58,521 nt of DNA from a virus (lineage: Duplodnaviria; Caudoviricetes), in IMG/VR virus record IMGVR_UViG_3300049927_000079, positions 1-58,521 of that record, one strand, 5' to 3'. The notes below the pieces were generated by a model. It was given only the letters and a program-made list of their open reading frames with translations, did no database searches and was not told the DNA's origin. Every line of letters begins with the position of its first letter. Positions within the stretch are counted from its first letter, which is position 1. Both the position numbers and the translations under genes were made by a program. Shown here in pieces: positions 53,220 through 58,521 of the stretch.

Positions 53220-53642
53220 TCAACTCGCGACTCCCTCTTCCGCTTCGCAGGCCATGTGCGCCTCGGGCGCCTTCGGAGCGCGCCGGGACGCGCGTTTCTC
53301 TTTCGCCTGCCGGATGAACCACTCCATGAACTGTTTATTTTTGGAATCGGTTGCGCGGGATAGGCAGAGTTCCATTTCTTCGATGATGTAGGACTGGATC
53401 TTACCTTCATACTCGAAGCGTTCAAGATCCGTCATTTCAAAAAAACGCTTCTCCTGCCTTCGCAGCCGGCGACTCCACATATCTACTTCATAGGCGTGCT
53501 TGCACTCGATGCGCTCGTAGCCGGTCGGGGGAGGGGCTATGGGGGAGGCGGGGAGCATAATGTGCTGCAACTTCTTGGAAAACCAAAAAACCACAGGGTT
53601 TTCCATCTGTACATATTGCCTGGGAAGAATCAGGTTGGTCAT
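53220..53642 (-). CDS. Hypothetical protein
   Basis: GGAGG RBS; coupled to the upstream gene. Confidence 0.6.
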   Translation of the reverse strand: MTNLILPRQYVQMENPVVFWFSKKLQHIMLPASPIAPPPTGYERIECKHAYEVDMWSRRLRRQEKRFFEMTDLERFEYEGKIQSYIIEEMELCLSRATDSKNKQFMEWFIRQAKEKRASRRAPKAPEAHMACEAEEGVAS

Positions 53643-54148
53643 GCCGCAACCTCCGGAAAGTTGGGCGCGGCAAATTCACCAAAATATAATCGCGCCGCTT
53701 CGTCATACGCCGTCGCCGCCTCTTCAGGTGTACCGAACTGGCCCAAGAATCTTGATTTCCCCGAAACTCTAATTTGGGCCATCCAGCGCTTCCCTTTTGT
53801 CAGATATACACCCTTGAATCCTGATTTATTATCGAGGCGCAAACGTTGATTCGCTGCATTCTGTGCGCGGGTGCAGCGTCGAATATTGACCTTTTGGTTG
53901 TTGAGTCCATCTTGGTCTTTGTGATCCAGCCTCGCCGCTTCCCCGAAAACAAGGTGCTGCATGTACTGGATTCGGTGAGTACCGCCCTTTACCCCGCTGG
54001 CTAGGTTCCTGTACGCATAGAACTGGCGAGCACTGCCGTCTTTTCGGCGCGCAACAAAAAGGTGCCAGGTATATTGCGAGACTCGCTCATAATCCTCGTC
54101 ACTAACAAACGCTACGAAACCATCGCGAGTAAGAGGTATCGCCTTCAC
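53639..54148 (-). CDS. HNH-AP2 homing endonuclease
   Basis: IPLT, MQH, DH.D.DGLNN...N.R.CT.AQN, SGFKGV, W.AQI and LG.F.TPEEAA.AYD.AA..FGEFA. Confidence 0.9.
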   Translation of the reverse strand: MKAIPLTRDGFVAFVSDEDYERVSQYTWHLFVARRKDGSARQFYAYRNLASGVKGGTHRIQYMQHLVFGEAARLDHKDQDGLNNQKVNIRRCTRAQNAANQRLRLDNKSGFKGVYLTKGKRWMAQIRVSGKSRFLGQFGTPEEAATAYDEAARLYFGEFAAPNFPEVAA

Positions 54149-56287
54149 TCAGTCCCCCACTGACATGAGGGGAATCGTAGCATACGACCTGTCGATTTCG
54201 GGAAGCCTTTGTGTGGGAGGGCTGTATCGTTTGGTTGATCGTGCGGCAAGTTCGTCTAAGTGGTGGCGAGTCCAGTAGGAGTGGGCGGCTGCAAGTACGC
54301 GGTCATCGTGCTTTCCCGCCTGGTGCTCGACTCTCGACTTACCCTTTTTCAGTTTGCGTTCAAGCGAAGCCAACTCTTCAATCAGGAATTTCGATTGCGG
54401 CTGATACCAGCCATCTTTCACGGCATCGACAAAGCGGGTGATAATCTGGCCGCGCGACCAGGGCCGCATGTAGATACCTTCCTTGTGGCCGCGGTTTTCC
54501 TTGATAACTTTCGAGTCGTAAGGGATGTCGGTGTGGTGATAGTTGAATCCCATCAGTTTCAGTTGCAACTGGCAATCGTCTCCCGGCCGTTCGCGTTGCT
54601 CGATGGCAAACTTGCAACCGCGAGTGTCGATGGTATTGATTCCGTACCAGGCTGCAAGGCAAGCTGCGAATCCTACTGCCTGGGGTGCATTGATTCGGCG
54701 GGAGGCGAGTTCAAACACTTGCACGTCGCAGTTTTCGCCTCTCATGCTCCTGGTTCCCGAAAGTACGGTCGAGTCCTCATCTTCCTGGTTCAGTCCGTCC
54801 GCGGTGTCGATGCCGATGGAGTAATCTTCCGGCTCCCCGTAGTGTCCCGGCCGGCGATTGGGCTCCTCGAAGATGAGCACCTTGTCGAAAGAGTGGCGCT
54901 CGTCCTCTTCATTGAACGGCTTGAGTGGAATCATAATCCACTCAAAATGCTGCTTCTTGTGCGAGTTCCACGAAACCCGGATACGTTCCTTGTTGTAGTC
55001 AATCTCGTTTTCGTCGGGCTCGAAGCCGTCATCAATCGAGTCTCCGGTAACCGCGTAAGCCGTGTAGTTCCGAGTTCTCCCGTCGCGGGCGCCGTCGATT
55101 ACGATGGTGTCAAACACCAGATCGTTCGCACCCTGCAGCGCTTCGTAGTCGTCGGCCGGCATCTGCGAGAACCATACTTTCTGGGTGTGGGTGTCTACGG
55201 ATTCAAGGTAGTTAAACTCCCAGAACCACTGCTGCTCGACCGGCATTCGCCAGTCTTTCCCAACAACTCGCGCCAGGTAGTCAGTGTCCCGTATGAATAA
55301 TTCGCAACGCAGGACGTGCTTCCGGGTGGCTTCGAGAGGCTTGAATCCAGCCGGGACGGGATGTTTTCTAATCCAGTCGGGTTCAGGATATAGGTCAGGC
55401 GCCATAGGCCAGTTGATAAAGAATGGGAAGAATCGAGACTTCCCCAAGGGCCATCCCGCTTTACTGGAACGCCACTTATCAGCCTGCCATCCTGTGTTTC
55501 CATTTCCCGTTCCCTCCAACACGAAGTAGAGTTTGCGCGATGAGTGCGTGGCACGGAGCAGTCCTTCCTCGATCGTTTTCTTGGGATTCGGGATGTCTCC
55601 GATTTCAGAGACGTGGACACAAGTCGGAGTCCAGCCTTGCGCGATGCCCGTAGCCTGGTGACCAGACTGCACAGAGAGAATCGAGCCGTTGATAAACCCG
55701 ATCATCTTTATACGGTCGGTGGTGCGCGCCGGAATCAGCCACCAAGGGAGACGGGCGATGCAGGTTTCGATGATGCGCGTAATGAGTTCGGATTTCTCGT
55801 CGTTGACCGAGCCCATGACCGCCTGGGTGTGCGGCAGAAACAACATCCGGTGCAGGAACTTCAGCGCCGTCTTAGTGGTGACTCCCAGTTGCCGCGCTTT
55901 CAGGATAAGAAGTTCGATTGAGACCTGTTGCTCGTCAAAATCCGCGAGTATGTTGTCATAGACTTCTTGCGACTTGCGGTTGCGGAACTTGAAAATGTCG
56001 CCTTTTTCATCGCACACCCAGGCATAGCGCGACTCAAAGTAAGCCGAGTCGAACATGCAGAGCACTTGCTCATTCTCGACCCATCGGCGGATCTCTTTCG
56101 CGCGATTGGCGGAGATTTCTTTTTTCAGGTCGTAGTAGTTGTTCCGGCCCTTGGAGTCATGGGCAATGATGGAATTGACGTAGGCCTTAAACTCTTCAAT
56201 CTGCTCTACCGTGTGGTAGTACGGCATCCACTTTTCGCGGGCGGCGAAGAGTTCGAGGTTCTGGACTATGATCTTTTCACTATACAA
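54149..56287 (-). CDS. terL: Terminase large subunit
   Basis: ILKARQLGVTT (Walker A), VHVSE (Walker B variant), LEGTGNG, IGIDTADG and HDDRV nuclease motifs. Confidence 0.93.
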   Translation of the reverse strand: MYSEKIIVQNLELFAAREKWMPYYHTVEQIEEFKAYVNSIIAHDSKGRNNYYDLKKEISANRAKEIRRWVENEQVLCMFDSAYFESRYAWVCDEKGDIFKFRNRKSQEVYDNILADFDEQQVSIELLILKARQLGVTTKTALKFLHRMLFLPHTQAVMGSVNDEKSELITRIIETCIARLPWWLIPARTTDRIKMIGFINGSILSVQSGHQATGIAQGWTPTCVHVSEIGDIPNPKKTIEEGLLRATHSSRKLYFVLEGTGNGNTGWQADKWRSSKAGWPLGKSRFFPFFINWPMAPDLYPEPDWIRKHPVPAGFKPLEATRKHVLRCELFIRDTDYLARVVGKDWRMPVEQQWFWEFNYLESVDTHTQKVWFSQMPADDYEALQGANDLVFDTIVIDGARDGRTRNYTAYAVTGDSIDDGFEPDENEIDYNKERIRVSWNSHKKQHFEWIMIPLKPFNEEDERHSFDKVLIFEEPNRRPGHYGEPEDYSIGIDTADGLNQEDEDSTVLSGTRSMRGENCDVQVFELASRRINAPQAVGFAACLAAWYGINTIDTRGCKFAIEQRERPGDDCQLQLKLMGFNYHHTDIPYDSKVIKENRGHKEGIYMRPWSRGQIITRFVDAVKDGWYQPQSKFLIEELASLERKLKKGKSRVEHQAGKHDDRVLAAAHSYWTRHHLDELAARSTKRYSPPTQRLPEIDRSYATIPLMSVGD

Positions 56288-57026
56288 AGCAGTAGCCTGA
56301 GTCGCATCCAGTGAGCGTTGGTTGCCTGTCAGTGAAATCTACTTCGCTTAACGGCTTTCCTATTGAGTGAAGGAAAACAAAGTTATCGCGTTTGCGGAGT
56401 CCTGCGTCAAACGCGACTGCTTTTTTGAAATCCCCGGCATCCATCTCTCGCCACTCTTCGTCGTTCATGTTAGGACACATCCAACAGGCGGAGCGCGGCG
56501 GCTTGGGCCATCCCATTTCGTCCATGACTAGGCGGATGCAATCCCCCTTTCCCATTGGAACATCAAAAAGAAGGGGGTACCATTCCTGCATCCACTGCTT
56601 ACTGGGCGCTCGTACACGCTTCATTTCATCCCGCGAGATTCCTACCCAGACTCTAGCTTGTTCCACTCCGAGACTGCGGAGCCAGCGAGCCGTGACGCGA
56701 CGTTTCCATTCCACCGAGCAGTACGTTGGCAACTTTCCCACTTCCCCATTTTGCGTGGTAAAGGCAGGGATTAGCAGAGTGTCGCCTTCCTCTCCGCCGT
56801 AAAGATCAACGGTGGCAAATCGAGATTTAGGGACGCGATGGATTTCCAGTCCGACTTTGGACAAATTGGGTCGGATTACTTCATCGAGATAGCGCCAAGT
56901 TGAAGCCTTCTCTCGTTCCGTGTCCACGATTACCGCGAGGTCTGGTTTGGGAAGTTTCCCTTGGATGATGAGGGCGGCAATAGCAGCAGATTGAGTTCCA
57001 CCGCCACAACTCCACACTTCCGTCAC
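56280..57026 (-). CDS. PAPS-reductase-like (adenine-nucleotide alpha-hydrolase) protein
   Basis: SCGGGTQS PP-loop, DT.RE, C...WK, GIS.DE..R, YPL and PP.SACW.CP. Confidence 0.8.
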   Translation of the reverse strand: MTEVWSCGGGTQSAAIAALIIQGKLPKPDLAVIVDTEREKASTWRYLDEVIRPNLSKVGLEIHRVPKSRFATVDLYGGEEGDTLLIPAFTTQNGEVGKLPTYCSVEWKRRVTARWLRSLGVEQARVWVGISRDEMKRVRAPSKQWMQEWYPLLFDVPMGKGDCIRLVMDEMGWPKPPRSACWMCPNMNDEEWREMDAGDFKKAVAFDAGLRKRDNFVFLHSIGKPLSEVDFTDRQPTLTGCDSGYCFV

Positions 57027-57670
57027 TTGCGCGTCTCCAGAAGTTTTTGCCGCATGGGTTGGACCTTCTCCTGCATGATGGACACGTCCGGGAAGATCAC
57101 GTCCAGGTCGTCCTCGAAGCGCTCCGGGGGTGCCGTGTCTCCCGGTTCTGCCGGCTCATTCGACTTGCCGCCAAAGAATTTCCCGATGAAGATTGATCCT
57201 CCCTTTTGCGGCAGGGCGCCCAACATACTGTGGACCATCTCGCGGTCGCGGGCGCCGTCACGCCCTTCAAGCGCGCTCTCAATCGTCCGCGTCATAACCT
57301 CGGGATGGCGGGCGATGCCGATAGCCTTGACTGAGTTGGCGCTAAATTCCCGCATAGCCAGCAGGATCTCGCCCAACAGGTACGCCGGCTCGACGTCCGC
57401 GGCAATCGCGATGGCTTCAATGGGGAGGTAGTTCTTGTCCGACTCCGCAATGCGATCGTAGGTTTTCAGGAATTGCCTGATGACGGGGTTATCCGAAAAG
57501 CGCATGGCCTGGAACGCAATCAGCCGGCCTTTGGGAATGTCTTTGAGGACTGCGGTGATGTCGGGCGCCTGTGCGACCTGTTCAGGACTTACCTTTAGAC
57601 GCTCCAAGGCCGCTTGCTTTCTTTTCAAACCGGGACGGCCTACGGGGTTGGGGATTTTTGGAACGTTCAT
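57023..57670 (-). CDS. Possible terminase small subunit
   Basis: Helical, GRP motif, A..G....RE; lies upstream of terL; start uncertain. Confidence 0.4.
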   Translation of the reverse strand: MNVPKIPNPVGRPGLKRKQAALERLKVSPEQVAQAPDITAVLKDIPKGRLIAFQAMRFSDNPVIRQFLKTYDRIAESDKNYLPIEAIAIAADVEPAYLLGEILLAMREFSANSVKAIGIARHPEVMTRTIESALEGRDGARDREMVHSMLGALPQKGGSIFIGKFFGGKSNEPAEPGDTAPPERFEDDLDVIFPDVSIMQEKVQPMRQKLLETRK

Positions 57671-57923
57671 CAAACTCGCGTTCGCGTGGTCCAATATCAA
57701 GCCACTCTTCTGTGGTTTCTTCCGGCGCCGCCCCTTGCGCTTCTTTGATGAGATCGACTGGACCTTTGAGTTTAGTGAGGGTGACGTCTCCGGGATCATG
57801 CTTCGGAGGATACATCTTCTCGTAAAACTGCGCCAACTGGTCCGCGATCCGCTCAAAGGCGGCCGCTATGCGCTCCATTGCGCGCGTGTCGCGCTCGATC
57901 GACTCTGCGAGTTCGGCGCTCAT
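57582..57923 (-). CDS. Hypothetical protein
   Basis: Coupled start; ERIA..FERIAD repeat. Confidence 0.55.
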   Translation of the reverse strand: MSAELAESIERDTRAMERIAAAFERIADQLAQFYEKMYPPKHDPGDVTLTKLKGPVDLIKEAQGAAPEETTEEWLDIGPREREFDERSKNPQPRRPSRFEKKASGLGASKGKS

Positions 57924-58312
57924 CTCTTAGGCCGCGGATATTTGATGCGACCGATGCTTGGTTTGCCGTCCTGGTCCTTAGTTAACACAGGGACCGCCTG
58001 CCCGGTCTCTTCCCGCATGGTGTTGGGATCGGTCTGGGCGCCGGCCAGTTCAGTCTCGAACTGTTCGAGCGCGGCATACTCTGGATTCTCGGGATCGAGT
58101 TTGACCGGCGCGCCCGCTTCCTTGACGTCAACTTTCTCTATCCGCCCGAGGTCATGCAGTTCGATGTGGATCTCGATTTCGTAAGAAAAGTGATCGTAGG
58201 AGTGAGCCGCGTTCAGATGCCCGTCTTTGGCTAGTCGGACCATGAGTTTGTCCAGAATCGCAGTGCGAATCTCTTCGCCGCTAAGGTTTTCGGGTAAAAC
58301 TCGTTCCGCCAT
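57920..58312 (-). CDS. Hypothetical protein
   Basis: ATG overlaps the stop of the RyR gene. Confidence 0.6.
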   Translation of the reverse strand: MAERVLPENLSGEEIRTAILDKLMVRLAKDGHLNAAHSYDHFSYEIEIHIELHDLGRIEKVDVKEAGAPVKLDPENPEYAALEQFETELAGAQTDPNTMREETGQAVPVLTKDQDGKPSIGRIKYPRPKR

Positions 58313-58521
58313 CAGCGCACCACTTTCGTTGTAGCTTCGGCAGCGTAGAACGCAGCCACAATCGCGCCGAATAGGTAATCCTTCATGCGTTGTTCGAGCG
58401 GCAAAGCGTGATACGGAAGGAAGCAGGGATGTTCTTTTTTATCCGCATCCTTGACAGGTCCGTACTTCCATCCGTCCGCTTTCTTTTGCGCCAGCCAGGA
58501 TTCATGGCTGGCCGAGGGCGG
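58312..58521 (-). CDS. RyR-domain protein, 3' part (begins at 201)
   Basis: Encodes ..SHESWLAQKKADGWKYGPVKDADKKEHPCFLPYHALPLEQRMKDYLF..; TGA at 58312-58314. Confidence 0.85.
   Translation of the reverse strand, partial: PPSASHESWLAQKKADGWKYGPVKDADKKEHPCFLPYHALPLEQRMKDYLFGAIVAAFYAAEATTKVVR
58492..58521. repeat. Terminal direct repeat, right copy
   Basis: Identical to 1-30. Confidence 0.95.

Noticed and set aside
53639-54148. Intron-encoded endonuclease interrupting terL
   Set aside because: terL has complete nuclease motifs before its stop; the HNH-AP2 gene is free-standing and a common phage feature.
56280-57026. Auxiliary metabolic gene for sulfate assimilation (cysH)
   Set aside because: No other sulfur genes are present, the context is packaging, and the motifs fit the divergent phage family better.
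1-58521. CRISPR array, tRNA or rRNA genes
   Set aside because: No regularly spaced repeats or cloverleaf with a T-loop noticed by eye; tRNAscan-SE and CRISPR finders were not run.

Overview
The window is most simply read as one complete, circularly assembled tailed-phage (Caudoviricetes) genome. Bases 1-30 are identical to 58492-58521, leaving about 58,491 bp unique, and a RyR-domain gene runs across that junction. One long leftward (late) unit runs from ~3100 through the junction down to ~20,700. It holds small accessory genes, a PAPS-reductase-like gene, terminase, an HNH-AP2 endonuclease, portal, scaffold, major capsid, adaptors, six consecutive signal-peptide-bearing fibre/adhesin genes (33.8-45.5 kb), a lysis cassette, nozzle-like proteins and ejection-type proteins. 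The tail appears podovirus-like, with no tape measure, tube or sheath. A rightward early block (3.9-7.1 kb) carries DUF932 and a serine recombinase. A leftward block (7.1-10.6 kb) carries nucleases, a C5 methyltransferase and replication-type genes. A second rightward block (11-20.8 kb) carries an RHH regulator, a J-domain protein, exonuclease/Bet recombination genes and a glycosylation cluster (GT4, GT2-like, GNAT, SDR, DegT aminotransferase, GT2). The most unusual feature is that tail-fibre-like proteins, including ones with virion-anchoring and classic fibre motifs, carry Sec signal peptides, which suggests export-dependent appendage assembly. Also notable are a soluble amino-sugar glycosylation pathway, a possible anti-defence nucleotide-sponge pair at the junction, a structured ncRNA candidate and an unannotated protamine-like peptide. 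An Acidobacteriota-like diderm host is an inference only. All family calls come from motif recognition by eye, not database searches.
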